From a virus (Duplodnaviria; Caudoviricetes), in IMG/VR virus record IMGVR_UViG_3300036802_000048, positions 1-41,218 of that record: 41,218 bases of DNA; one strand, 5' to 3'. Positions 8,744 through 18,130 of this stretch are shown piece by piece (the stretch's first letter is position 1; every line of letters starts with the position of its first letter). The notes under the pieces were generated by a model that saw only the letters and a program-made list of their open reading frames with translations, did no database searches and was not told where the DNA came from. The position numbers and the translations under genes are program-made.

Positions 8744-9775
8744 TTAAAATGTACCGCCATCAATGATGTCAGATGTCTTCAGATAGCCTTGAGCCTGTAC
8801 GAAAGCCGTTGTCGCTATCTGAGTATTGTTCGTTGCTGTAGCCGCAGTTGGCGCCGTTGGTGTACCAGTCAATGCCGGGGATGCTAACGGAGCTTTTAAC
8901 GAATCAGCTGTAGCTAATGCAGCTCTTACAGCTTCGACAAATGCAGTTGTTGCTAGTTGCGTCGAATTAGTACCAGCAGCTGCTGTAGGTCCAGTTGGCG
9001 TGCCAGTTAATGCAGGACTTGCGAACATTGTAGCCTTACTCTCATTGGTTACGTTACCTAGCCCTACGTCCGCAGCAGCTAGCGTTACAGCCCCTGTCTT
9101 ACCTGCCACGCTGGACACCGCTGCTGTCGGAGTAAGAATTTCCTGCCAGTTTGCAAGTGTAGATGTCCCCGCCACTCTCAAGATAAACGTTTTGTTAATA
9201 TCTGTTCGAACAGCGATGTCACCTACCTCAGCTGTCAACGCCAGCATTGCAGCCTGTGAAGCTACAGGAAAGGTATCTGTGATAGCAAGCGCTGGCAATA
9301 GATTGGGATTGATTTTCCCGTCAGATTCAACTCCAACTACGTTTCCTACCGCAACACCTACGTTTTTAGAGGCTGCTGTTCCTGCATCCGATATCTTCGC
9401 TAACGTAAGATTCGGAATGTCTGCGGCTGTGATTGTCGTAGCCGAAGTAATCCTCCCCTTAGCATCTACCGTAAATTTAGTAAATGTCCCAGCTGCGACT
9501 CCGGTATTAGCAAGAACCAATGTAATAGAAGCGTTTGCTGATCCGTCAAAACCGCCGCTCGTGCCGGTACCGTCCCCTGTAATTGCAATTGTGCGCGGCG
9601 TTTTAAGTTTAGTAGCTGTCTCTACGTTAGCCTGATCAGGATTGATTAAATCCTTGTCAGTACCATTTCCTGCGTAAAGTTTTCCGGTATCTGTTGCAAG
9701 CGCGAGTTCCCCCGCTTCCAATGTTAAGCTTGGTATATTTGTTGATAATCCCCGTTTAATCTTAATAATCGCCAT
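8744..9775 (-). CDS. Tail fibre protein
   Basis: Mtd-N-like start; TVDAKGRIT, VSSVAGKTGAV and duplicated SPALTGTPT.PT...TQ.ATTAFV fibre repeats. Confidence 0.85.
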   Translation of the reverse strand: MAIIKIKRGLSTNIPSLTLEAGELALATDTGKLYAGNGTDKDLINPDQANVETATKLKTPRTIAITGDGTGTSGGFDGSANASITLVLANTGVAAGTFTKFTVDAKGRITSATTITAADIPNLTLAKISDAGTAASKNVGVAVGNVVGVESDGKINPNLLPALAITDTFPVASQAAMLALTAEVGDIAVRTDINKTFILRVAGTSTLANWQEILTPTAAVSSVAGKTGAVTLAAADVGLGNVTNESKATMFASPALTGTPTGPTAAAGTNSTQLATTAFVEAVRAALATADSLKAPLASPALTGTPTAPTAATATNNTQIATTAFVQAQGYLKTSDIIDGGTF

Positions 9776-9789
9776 TTATTAATTCCTCC

Positions 9790-10194
9790 TCAATAAGTGC
9801 CGCCATCAATTACTGGTCCAGCCGAATCATTTCCGTCAAAAGTACCACCATTAATCGGCATATACGCGAGGTAGTCGATAAGGTCCAGAATATTTGTGCG
9901 GAACGTATCATGGTCGTACGCGGTAAAATACCGAGCTACTTTCGACGCTATTACCCAACTCCTCGCTGTCGTTCCACCATGCCCGCGCGTACATCCTGTC
10001 AAACTGTTTCCGCTTTTGCCTGTATACAGCACCGTCTCTGCCGTCTCATCTACACCTATTGTCGCTACGTTCGGCGCTGCCGGTAGTGCTGCCGCATTAA
10101 CAACGGGTATAGTCGTCACTGCTGCCGTAATTGCCGCGGATAATTCCGTACCTGGCGAATTTGCTATCGCAGGATACATCGTTTGTTGCGCCAT
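9790..10194 (-). CDS. Tail-associated structural protein
   Basis: NSPGTEL...LTGCTRG..GT motif; IDGGTY end shared with the neighbouring gene. Confidence 0.7.
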   Translation of the reverse strand: MAQQTMYPAIANSPGTELSAAITAAVTTIPVVNAAALPAAPNVATIGVDETAETVLYTGKSGNSLTGCTRGHGGTTARSWVIASKVARYFTAYDHDTFRTNILDLIDYLAYMPINGGTFDGNDSAGPVIDGGTY

Positions 10195-10214
10195 CGGTTA
10201 TGCCTCCTCTCCGC

Positions 10215-10619
10215 TTACTGTGCGAATCGTACAAGCGTACTTCCCGCTAAAAACTTCGCTTTATCGCCGCTCTGGATCGTACGCGGATTCGTAAGTGCTT
10301 GCGTCCACAATAGATTCCCGCCAGTCGCCGCAGTCCTTAATCCGATATGAGTTACGAGTCCCCAATCCGCTGTCGCAATCGCAAACTCTACGTCGGCTGA
10401 CATTTTTACCGTCATCTTGCCTGATTCGATCGCGGCTGCAGCGAAGGTAATCGGTCTTCGAGCGTACGCGCCTCCGTTTACCTCAGTACCTGTATCTGCT
10501 GCGGTTGGGTCTGATGTGTACAACGCGATATAGACCGTAGCTGGACTCGTAAACGCGGTATTCCGTAGAACTGCGTTAAGTAGCGCCGCACTTAAATAAT
10601 TCGAAATTTGCATCGCCAT
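10215..10619 (-). CDS. Tail structural protein
   Basis: SNYL...YIALYTSDP...EV.GG.YAR motif; GGAGGG RBS. Confidence 0.75.
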   Translation of the reverse strand: MAMQISNYLSAALLNAVLRNTAFTSPATVYIALYTSDPTAADTGTEVNGGAYARRPITFAAAAIESGKMTVKMSADVEFAIATADWGLVTHIGLRTAATGGNLLWTQALTNPRTIQSGDKAKFLAGSTLVRFAQ

Positions 10620-10688
10620 TATTCGTTCCCTCCTATTTTTGGACAACGCAAAAAGGACCGGCCATATTGACCGATCCCCAAGCGCTAT

Positions 10689-11237
10689 CTATTCAATTTC
10701 GTATTCGTTCGTTATCGTAAATCCGTGAACCGTCGATGACCCTGTATTCGTTAGCGTTATAATAGGCTGCGCTCGTACATCTGCTTTCGACTCAATAACC
10801 ACTGATTGTGGCGAAGCGCTCAGCGTATATTCCGTAAGCACTTCGCTGCCGGTCGGCCACGGATCATTCATGCGCAGATTAACGTCAATCAGCCGCGAGC
10901 CGGTCGCTCCGAGCGCCAGTGTTCCGGAATAAACTGCGCGATAATACTTGTCCGGCATGTCCGCAAACTGTAGCGTAATCTCGCCGCGCTTCGCGTTGAA
11001 TGTTCGCGCTAAATACGCGAGCGTCCGGTGAAACTCCGCGGCCGATGACGTTATTTCAAACGTTAAGCCGATCGTTCGCGCACCGTATGATCCGCCGAAA
11101 TCGACTACGCCGTCTGTTCCCGCGAGTTTAACGGTGTTATCGTCCATTTCCGGCAGGACCGGCAAGCGCCGCTCAAATAACGAAGCGCCCACCGTTGATA
11201 GCCATACGCCGTTTACCGCTACATCGTACGTAATCAT
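10689..11237 (-). CDS. Distal tail protein (Dit), N-terminal part
   Basis: Follows the tape measure gene; G.DG..D.G..YG.R.I, F.D.PDKYY and DP motifs. Confidence 0.8.
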   Translation of the reverse strand: MITYDVAVNGVWLSTVGASLFERRLPVLPEMDDNTVKLAGTDGVVDFGGSYGARTIGLTFEITSSAAEFHRTLAYLARTFNAKRGEITLQFADMPDKYYRAVYSGTLALGATGSRLIDVNLRMNDPWPTGSEVLTEYTLSASPQSVVIESKADVRAQPIITLTNTGSSTVHGFTITNEYEIE

Positions 11238-14200
11238 CCGCCTTTCACTCCCATCGTTTGCAGGCGTTCTATGGCGCGAGCTCTCTCGTCATAAACCGTT
11301 CGCATGTCCGCCTTATCTGCGATCTCTACGTCATTGACGCTCATGTCGATATGATTCGTAATATTCGTAGGAGTCGCCGGTGCAGATGGCGCTATATTAG
11401 GACGCGCGATCATTCCGAATAGCGTCGCCTGTTGCTGCGGATTTAAATACATCTCGCTCGCGTGCGCTATAACCGGAACAGCCGCGCCAGGTGCGCCCTT
11501 AACGATGCCGCCGTCCTTAAACGCCTGTAATGCGCCGGTGTCCGCCGATACTCCGTAGAGTTTACGCAGCTCTTCGTTACGTGCGTTTAGCCGCGCCATT
11601 TCCGCCGTGTTACCGCTAGACTTCGCCGCTGTCCACGCGGTTTTATTAGCGTTATACTCCGCAAGATCAGCCGCCTTCTTGGCCTCCGCATTAATCTGCG
11701 TAACTTGCGCCATCTTTGCGTTATACTGCGCAACGAATGAATCGAGCTCCGTAAGAATCGCGCTATTCGCGGAACCACTTGCGCTAACTCTATACGCCGC
11801 GATTCCGTCCTCTATCGATTTAATGTCGCCTGAGTACGCATCAAATGCCGCCGTGAGTACGTCATATTGCGCTTCGGCTGCGGTCTTCTCCGCTTCGTAC
11901 GCCTTTGTTTGCGCATCCTTTTCGTCCTTGAGCGCGTCTTGTTGATCCGCGAGCGTACGGTCGGTTAATTCGCGGTCATGTTCGAGTTGCATGCGCGCGA
12001 TCTCTTTTAGCAGCGCGTCACGTTCCGCAATTCCCTCCGGACCGACTGCGCTTGCCAATTCCGCTAAGCGCGCTTGCTTCTCCGCGAGTTGCGTTGCGTA
12101 ATCCGCGTCAACATTGAGTTCTTTGTTGGCGTCACGTAAGCGTTGAATCGCGTCAATCCGCGCGTCATAATCGTCGAGTGCCGCCTGCTTGCGCGCTTCG
12201 ATCGCTTTAATTTCCGCATCCTTCGCGTCCTTAATCGCGGCTTTCTGCTTCTTAACGAGATCGTCCGCGAGATCCTTCGTTAGCTTCGTAAGTGACTTGC
12301 GGAGATTGTAGAGTTGCTCGTCAGCCTGCGCATAATACTCCGAGTCCTTGGCGTATCGATCCCGTACACGAGTCCACGCGTCGATCTTCATTTGCGCGAT
12401 CTCTGTTTCGGATTTGCCTGCGTCAGACATGCGGCGTTCCTCTGCGCTGATCCACTTGGACGATGCGCTATACTGAGCGCGCGCTTCCGCTTCGGTTGCG
12501 GTGGCTACGTTCTTGCGTGATTGGCGGACTTGATCGTCGGCGGCGATATACTCTGCGCTGTCCTCCGCGTAACGATTACGTAATCGCGTCCAGCTTGCGA
12601 GCTTCATTTCCGCGATCTTGAGTTCGGATTTACCGCTGTCTTCCATCCGTTTAGACTCCGCATCAATCCACGTTGTCGAAAAGTCATAGCGTGATTGGGC
12701 GCTGTCCTCTGATAACCGCTTAAGCTGCAACTGCAACGTACGCGCGTCGTCGATGGATTCCGCTAGAAACTTCGCGTGCTTCGCCTTGAGCGCGTCATAC
12801 TTTTTAATCTGCGCGTCGGCGGTCATATCGTAAAAGTCCGCTTGAAACTGGACAGTTTTAAGGTCGGCTTCATACGCAGCTTTACGCGCTTCGGCGGCTA
12901 GTTCCGCGGCTGACTTACCCTTCGCCTTCTTTTCCTTCTTGGCTTTCGGATCATCCTGCGGAATAATATCCTTCGTAAACGTCTGAGCTCCGGCTTCAAC
13001 TTCCGCCGCTAACTTCTCCATCTCGCGCGCTGCGTCCGAATATTTCTGCTGTTGTGCGAGCGCTAGATCCCGACCCTGCTTCGCTTCCTCCGTAACTTTA
13101 TTCGTTAGGTAATCGTTGAATACGAGATCCATAACTCCCGGCGTCTTACCGTTCATCTTCGCTTCGCCTTGCGCTACGGACTCCTCAAATGTTGCCGCCT
13201 TTGCTCCGGATACTTTCGCCATAGCTTCGATCAGCAGCGTATAGTTCTTAATCTGCGTCTTGACCGATTCCTCTTGCGCCTTATTTTCCTTCGCGAAGTT
13301 ACGAATACGTGCCGCAGCTTGGTCGGCAGCTAGGTCTGTAAACTTCTTGTCGGCGGCGATTTGCGCAATAATCACGTCGATATTGTCCGCACGAATACGT
13401 CCGTCTTCGCCTTGGCGCGCGTTGAGCTCCGGATACTGTTCGATCAACTTCTCCGTTACGTCAACGAGGCGTCCCTTTTGCGTGGCGTCCAGCGTTTGAG
13501 AACCGGATAACTCCTTAAACTGCGTCGCCAATGCGCTCATTTGTACGAGTGTTGCCTTCTTCGTTGCGAGTGCGGATGCTTCCGCTTTGTCTTGCGCGGA
13601 TATCGAATCTACGGAATATTTGAGCGCTTTGTTCATCTCTTCGAGTTTAGACGTTGCGGCCTCTACGCCGTCGAATCCCATATTACGCAGCTTATCGTCC
13701 ATTTCCGCGAGAGCTTTGTTAATGTCCATTGCTTCCGACATCATTGCGGGATTCCCTAAACCTTTTTCACCCGCCGCTTGTATTTCGTTAAGGCGATTTT
13801 CCATAGATGCGCGTTCGTTGAGCGCCTCCGTAAGTTCCTTCGTTTTAGCCGTGAGCGTTTCAATATCTGCGGCTGATTGGTCGACGGGCGCTTTATCAAG
13901 CAGCGTATTAAGTTCCTTTTGCGCCTTGATCATATCTTCCGTTGCTCTCGCGTCTTCTCCCTTTTTCGCAACTAGTGCGCCGATACCGCCTGCCAGAGCG
14001 CCGATAGCAACGATTGCTAATCCGATCGGGCCAGCGGAAGCTCCTAGCGCCATCATACCGGTCTTAATCAGCGCAAATAGCGGTGGTAGGGCTGCAAGGC
14101 CCGTTACAAATAGTAGGACTCCGCCCGTTGCGGTAGCCAGTCCGGAAACGAGCGCTTTATTCTCCGTTACAAAATCCGCAAGTCCGATTATTGTCGGAGT

Positions 14201-15004
14201 CAGCGCTTCGAGCGTTTTTTGTACAACGGGAGTAAACGCTTCGCCTAGCGCTACGGCAGCGGTATTCGTTGCTTGCGTAAAGCGGTTTTGTGATCCCGTG
14301 AATCCTTGCATCGCCTCGTCCGCGTTCCCTGTAAAGATCGCGCCTTCATTAACAAATCCGTTATATGCGGCCTGAATCTTCTGCGCATCCGTTAATCTGC
14401 CTGCCGTTGTTCCGATTGTCCGCGCATACTCTGCCTGCATAACGGATAGGTTTTTCGTAACTCCGACCGCATCTGATAGCGTAGAGTTACCGTTCTTGAT
14501 ACCGTCTAATGACGCTTGAATAGCGCCGCCCATCGTATAGAAGGATTGGCGGTTATACGCGGCTGAGTCCGCAAGTGAGTTAATAAGCTTCGTAGACTCT
14601 TCGAGATCAAGTCCAGTAGACATCGCAGTCTTGAACGCTAGAACCGATTCAGTGAGCGTTAAAAACCCGCGGCTCGCTAAGTCCTGCGCAGCCTGTTGTG
14701 CGTCTTTTGTTTGAATGCCGAAGCCCTTCGCAACAGCGTTAAGTCCCTGGAACGCGTTATACAGCTTTGTGGCTTCCGCAACTACCGACTGCATCTCGCG
14801 TACAAGTTTCGTCAGACCTGCGCCTGCGCCAAGTCCCGTAAGTGCGGAACCTAAATTCCGCATCCCGTCCGCACCGCGCCTGCTCTGATCTTCGAGATCC
14901 TGTATTCTACGTCTGGCTTCGTCAATATTCCGTCTAAACTCCGCAATGTCGAGGATAATCCGCGCTTGTATTTCGCCGACACTCGATGCGCCGCCCGTAC
15001 TCAT
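11234..15004 (-). CDS. Tape measure protein
   Basis: 1256 aa, Ala-rich helical, hydrophobic stretch, F..GG.V.G...A..EM.L...Q C-terminal motif. Confidence 0.92.
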   Translation of the reverse strand: MSTGGASSVGEIQARIILDIAEFRRNIDEARRRIQDLEDQSRRGADGMRNLGSALTGLGAGAGLTKLVREMQSVVAEATKLYNAFQGLNAVAKGFGIQTKDAQQAAQDLASRGFLTLTESVLAFKTAMSTGLDLEESTKLINSLADSAAYNRQSFYTMGGAIQASLDGIKNGNSTLSDAVGVTKNLSVMQAEYARTIGTTAGRLTDAQKIQAAYNGFVNEGAIFTGNADEAMQGFTGSQNRFTQATNTAAVALGEAFTPVVQKTLEALTPTIIGLADFVTENKALVSGLATATGGVLLFVTGLAALPPLFALIKTGMMALGASAGPIGLAIVAIGALAGGIGALVAKKGEDARATEDMIKAQKELNTLLDKAPVDQSAADIETLTAKTKELTEALNERASMENRLNEIQAAGEKGLGNPAMMSEAMDINKALAEMDDKLRNMGFDGVEAATSKLEEMNKALKYSVDSISAQDKAEASALATKKATLVQMSALATQFKELSGSQTLDATQKGRLVDVTEKLIEQYPELNARQGEDGRIRADNIDVIIAQIAADKKFTDLAADQAAARIRNFAKENKAQEESVKTQIKNYTLLIEAMAKVSGAKAATFEESVAQGEAKMNGKTPGVMDLVFNDYLTNKVTEEAKQGRDLALAQQQKYSDAAREMEKLAAEVEAGAQTFTKDIIPQDDPKAKKEKKAKGKSAAELAAEARKAAYEADLKTVQFQADFYDMTADAQIKKYDALKAKHAKFLAESIDDARTLQLQLKRLSEDSAQSRYDFSTTWIDAESKRMEDSGKSELKIAEMKLASWTRLRNRYAEDSAEYIAADDQVRQSRKNVATATEAEARAQYSASSKWISAEERRMSDAGKSETEIAQMKIDAWTRVRDRYAKDSEYYAQADEQLYNLRKSLTKLTKDLADDLVKKQKAAIKDAKDAEIKAIEARKQAALDDYDARIDAIQRLRDANKELNVDADYATQLAEKQARLAELASAVGPEGIAERDALLKEIARMQLEHDRELTDRTLADQQDALKDEKDAQTKAYEAEKTAAEAQYDVLTAAFDAYSGDIKSIEDGIAAYRVSASGSANSAILTELDSFVAQYNAKMAQVTQINAEAKKAADLAEYNANKTAWTAAKSSGNTAEMARLNARNEELRKLYGVSADTGALQAFKDGGIVKGAPGAAVPVIAHASEMYLNPQQQATLFGMIARPNIAPSAPATPTNITNHIDMSVNDVEIADKADMRTVYDERARAIERLQTMGVKGG

Positions 15005-15402
15005 CTAAGCGCCCTCCTTATCGCATCCGCTATAAAGCGTTTATATAATCGTTCATTTGTTCGGAGAGGCCTCGTTAAGAACTTCGGACGCGTCCCCGGC
15101 GTTGTTGGATTCTTATACTCGCCCATTTCGTGTACACGTAGCGCATAGTTAAAGCGCGCTCCACTTGCGCCTGTTTCCGTTGCGGAGAAAAAGACCTCTC
15201 CGTATATTTGCCCGTTCCTATTCACGACTTCCTTGCCGGCTGTCATCCGCAAAGTACCGGTATCTAACGGAGCCTCATTACGCGATGCCGCGAGTAAGTG
15301 GTCGGTAGCGTCGTGTAATCCGATAGTCGCCCCGTCGAGAACGCGCGTTTTCTGACGCTCTAAAAACTGACGTAGCGCCACCGTTTCCATCCGAAAATCC
15401 AC
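15001..15402 (-). CDS. HK97 gp10-like tail completion protein
   Basis: APLDTGTLR, YALRVHE and PKFLTRP motifs. Confidence 0.8.
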   Translation of the reverse strand: MDFRMETVALRQFLERQKTRVLDGATIGLHDATDHLLAASRNEAPLDTGTLRMTAGKEVVNRNGQIYGEVFFSATETGASGARFNYALRVHEMGEYKNPTTPGTRPKFLTRPLRTNERLYKRFIADAIRRALR

Positions 15403-15408
15403 CGTTAA

Positions 15409-15780
15409 TCACCTCATCCCCGCGGTCATTTGATCGCGTAATAGATTGAATCCGGCCTCGTCAAACTTAGTCTTACTCTGCGTTGTGAATCCCGCCTCAC
15501 GTTGTAGCCCCGTTGTAAACTTGCGGTAATCCTCAACGTTAGTTGTGTGCGACATGACGTTAACGTTTAGCGCGTCCAATGTTTCGCCAGCCTTGCGCCG
15601 CTTATCCGCATCCAGTACGTCGAGCAAGTCCATAACGTAATAGCCGCGCTCGAACTCGACCTGCGTTTTGCCGAGGCGGACTGCTGCGTCAATGAAAAAT
15701 TCGTCTATCGTTACTCGGCGCTCGCTTCCGCTGTCCCCGTCTGCAGGTTCGTTAGTTGCAGAGCGCCTTGCACGTTTTTT
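15409..15780 (-). CDS. Tail assembly chaperone GT extension (-1 frameshift frame)
   Basis: The -1 frame from slippery A AAA AAC (15774-15780) is open into ORF 15409-15633. Confidence 0.8.
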   Translation of the reverse strand, partial: KKRARRSATNEPADGDSGSERRVTIDEFFIDAAVRLGKTQVEFERGYYVMDLLDVLDADKRRKAGETLDALNVNVMSHTTNVEDYRKFTTGLQREAGFTTQSKTKFDEAGFNLLRDQMTAGMR

Positions 15781-16145
15781 AAGAGTCCGCCAAAATTGTT
15801 AACGCGCGCAACGGCGGTAAAATACGCCATCAATTCGTCCGGCGCTACGTTTGCTTCGAGCCACTCCGGTTCGAACTCCGTTAGGATACTGACTACGCGC
15901 ACGATATCGTTTAACGCGTGATCGATAAACGCAAATAAGTAAGCTACGCGGTTGTCAGCCGGCGCCGCCATTACGCCCATAATTAATTCCGGCAGCATAT
16001 TAACCGCGGCAAATAGTTCGCGCCATTGGCCGACCGCTACCTTTCGTACGATTACCGTTCTATCTCCGAGCTTAACTACGTTAGGGTCAATAACGATTTC
16101 TGGCGCGGGTAGTTCCGCTTTATCTGAACGCTTGAAAATCGGCAT
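15711..16145 (-). CDS. Tail assembly chaperone G
   Basis: Between major tail and tape measure genes; LKN slippery codons near the end. Confidence 0.8.
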   Translation of the reverse strand: MPIFKRSDKAELPAPEIVIDPNVVKLGDRTVIVRKVAVGQWRELFAAVNMLPELIMGVMAAPADNRVAYLFAFIDHALNDIVRVVSILTEFEPEWLEANVAPDELMAYFTAVARVNNFGGLLKNVQGALQLTNLQTGTAEASAE

Positions 16146-16204
16146 TATATTCGCTCCTTATAAAGAAATAGAGGCGCAATTAAGCGCCCCTTTTAGCGTG
16201 ATAC

Positions 16205-16735
16205 TTACGGTGTTGCAGTAATCGTGTCGTCGCCCATGACAAGGATGACTCCATCTTCGTCCGGAGTTGAACGGAGTGTTACGTTCGTGATGCGTTCATT
16301 TTCGTTATTAAAAGAATAAGATACATCAGTCTCGCTGTACGCCAGAGGTAAGGTTAGCCAGAATTTAGGGTTTGTTCGGTGCGCAAGCGGTTTAATTACT
16401 GCGACCTTTGCTGTAGAAAGAAGACTTAAGCCTACGCCGGTTTTTACGACAACCTTCGAACCACCCGTACCCGTAACAATCTCTGCGCCGGTCATTATCT
16501 TCGGAATCGTGTCCAGGTCGTATTCACCGAACGGGACGGTTACGCTAACGTTACGGCCAGTAATGCGCTTATCGACGATAGTCTCTCCGGTCTGATCTGT
16601 CTTCTGTTCGCGGTATGTCGTTTCGGTAGTTAGTACTACACCGCCAATTGTCGTTTCGAACGTGACCATACCAATGCCCGTACCGTACTCAACGATTGCC
16701 GGACCTATTTCGATCTTTTTGAAATCTTGAGCCAT
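16205..16735 (-). CDS. Major tail protein
   Basis: IGP..V.Y, T.GGV, DQTGET motifs; position. Confidence 0.8.
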   Translation of the reverse strand: MAQDFKKIEIGPAIVEYGTGIGMVTFETTIGGVVLTTETTYREQKTDQTGETIVDKRITGRNVSVTVPFGEYDLDTIPKIMTGAEIVTGTGGSKVVVKTGVGLSLLSTAKVAVIKPLAHRTNPKFWLTLPLAYSETDVSYSFNNENERITNVTLRSTPDEDGVILVMGDDTITATP

Positions 16736-16798
16736 TCGTTATTTCCCCCTTTATTTTTCACAACAAAAAGAGCCGCCCGATTACGGACAGCCCTGCGT

Positions 16799-17179
16799 TT
16801 ATAGCGATGTTGTTAGCGTAAAATTAACGGAGTATAGCGCACGGTTATTCGCATCGAGACCGAGATACCAAGGCGCGCTCTGATCCGCCAGGCACTTGAC
16901 TACGCGCGTTGTTCCGATCGTAAATTCCGCCTTACCGTGCAGCGCTTCGAATACTGCGTTAGCCTTCGCTTCGGCAGTCGCGGTAGACTTCGCGCGTATT
17001 ACGACTTGTATTGACGGATAGGCAACGGATGACCACTCGCTAGGAGGCGGCCCGCCCGTTATCCGTGTATATGCGCAATCGTCCGGATTCGCCGCTACGA
17101 AATCGTTACCGACCACGGTAAATCCCGGAATTATTAAACGGATAGCTGCGTTAACATCCGCGACAGTTAAGAGCGCCAT
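16799..17179 (-). CDS. Tail terminator / minor capsid-family protein
   Basis: PSIQVVIRA and QSAP.YLG.D.N.R..YS.NF motifs. Confidence 0.8.
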   Translation of the reverse strand: MALLTVADVNAAIRLIIPGFTVVGNDFVAANPDDCAYTRITGGPPPSEWSSVAYPSIQVVIRAKSTATAEAKANAVFEALHGKAEFTIGTTRVVKCLADQSAPWYLGLDANNRALYSVNFTLTTSL

Positions 17180-17499
17180 TATACGTCCACCTCCGTTATT
17201 AGCGGCTTCCCGTTGAGCGCCCGTTTTACGCTGATTGCGATTGGCGTGTACGCTGTCTCCGCTAATAGTTCGTTGGTATACGTAAGGCGGTCTTCGACCT
17301 TTATGTCCGGTAGCTTATCGAATATAAACGTGCCGACGCTGGCGACTTCGGCTCCGTGCTGATTGCGTACGAGTTTAACGCCCTCACTAAAGCGGCATTT
17401 CATCGCGTATGGGACTCCGGGAATCGGCTCGTTATAATCCGGATCAAAGCCGCCGACGGGCGTTATAATCACGGTCTGACGCAGCGGTATGATCGCCAT
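17179..17499 (-). CDS. Head closure protein
   Basis: CRF.E..KLVRN..G.E motif; position. Confidence 0.7.
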   Translation of the reverse strand: MAIIPLRQTVIITPVGGFDPDYNEPIPGVPYAMKCRFSEGVKLVRNQHGAEVASVGTFIFDKLPDIKVEDRLTYTNELLAETAYTPIAISVKRALNGKPLITEVDV

Positions 17500-17885
17500 T
17501 ACATCGTCACCCACTTCGCTGTCTTGCGTCCGAGTTTAACTCCGCCATTTTCTGCGCTAATTAGGTCGAGCGCGATGTCCGGTATCCATGCGTCAAGGCC
17601 CGATTTCGCCCAATCCTTAAACGTAAAATTCGCGACGCCCGTTAATCCGAAGCTCGCTACGCCTTGTTGCTGCAGCGCGTTCGTATCGTTAAATGCCGTT
17701 GCCAATTCATTCGCATATTCGTACACAGCCGCGTCCGGTATCGTATATTGAGCGTATTTGTTCGTCAGCGTCCGTCCTGCCACATTAACTATCCGTAGTT
17801 TTTTGGCGTCGTCTGCGTCTGACCAATCGTCAATATTGATGCAATTAGCGCTGATATACGTTGTTGCGTCTTCTACCGAAACCAT
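17499..17885 (-). CDS. Head-tail connector protein
   Basis: SVEDA..YI, W......K and QGV.SF motifs; position. Confidence 0.7.
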   Translation of the reverse strand: MVSVEDATTYISANCINIDDWSDADDAKKLRIVNVAGRTLTNKYAQYTIPDAAVYEYANELATAFNDTNALQQQGVASFGLTGVANFTFKDWAKSGLDAWIPDIALDLISAENGGVKLGRKTAKWVTM

Positions 17886-17899
17886 ACGTCCACCTCCCG

Positions 17900-18115
17900 T
17901 TATTTTGAGGAGGTATTCGCGGCCTTTCGCGGTTTAGGCGCTGGCTTAACGGGCTCCTCCGGTACTTCTTCATCGATCCGTACAACGTCAGTTATCGTGT
18001 CGAGTACGGCTATCTCAGCGGGATCGTCCGTATGAAAAAGGCCCCCGCTAAATCTGCGGAAGCCTCCGTCTACGTAAAATCCGAGTTGTTGATAGCGCGA
18101 TTCGTATGTTGCCAT
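17900..18115 (-). CDS. Small virion-associated protein
   Basis: GGAGG RBS; follows the capsid gene. Confidence 0.7.
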   Translation of the reverse strand: MATYESRYQQLGFYVDGGFRRFSGGLFHTDDPAEIAVLDTITDVVRIDEEVPEEPVKPAPKPRKAANTSSK

Positions 18116-18130
18116 CGTTTACCTCCGTTC

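Noticed and set aside
7734-9775. Diversity-generating retroelement suggested by Mtd-N-like fibre starts
   Set aside because: No reverse transcriptase in the window and no template/variable repeat pair seen
12300-12720. Internal repeat in the tape measure gene
   Set aside because: Ordinary tape-measure repeat
8826-14375. Long plus-strand ORFs (e.g. 8826-9635, 13587-14375)
   Set aside because: Antisense shadows of Ala/Thr-rich tail genes
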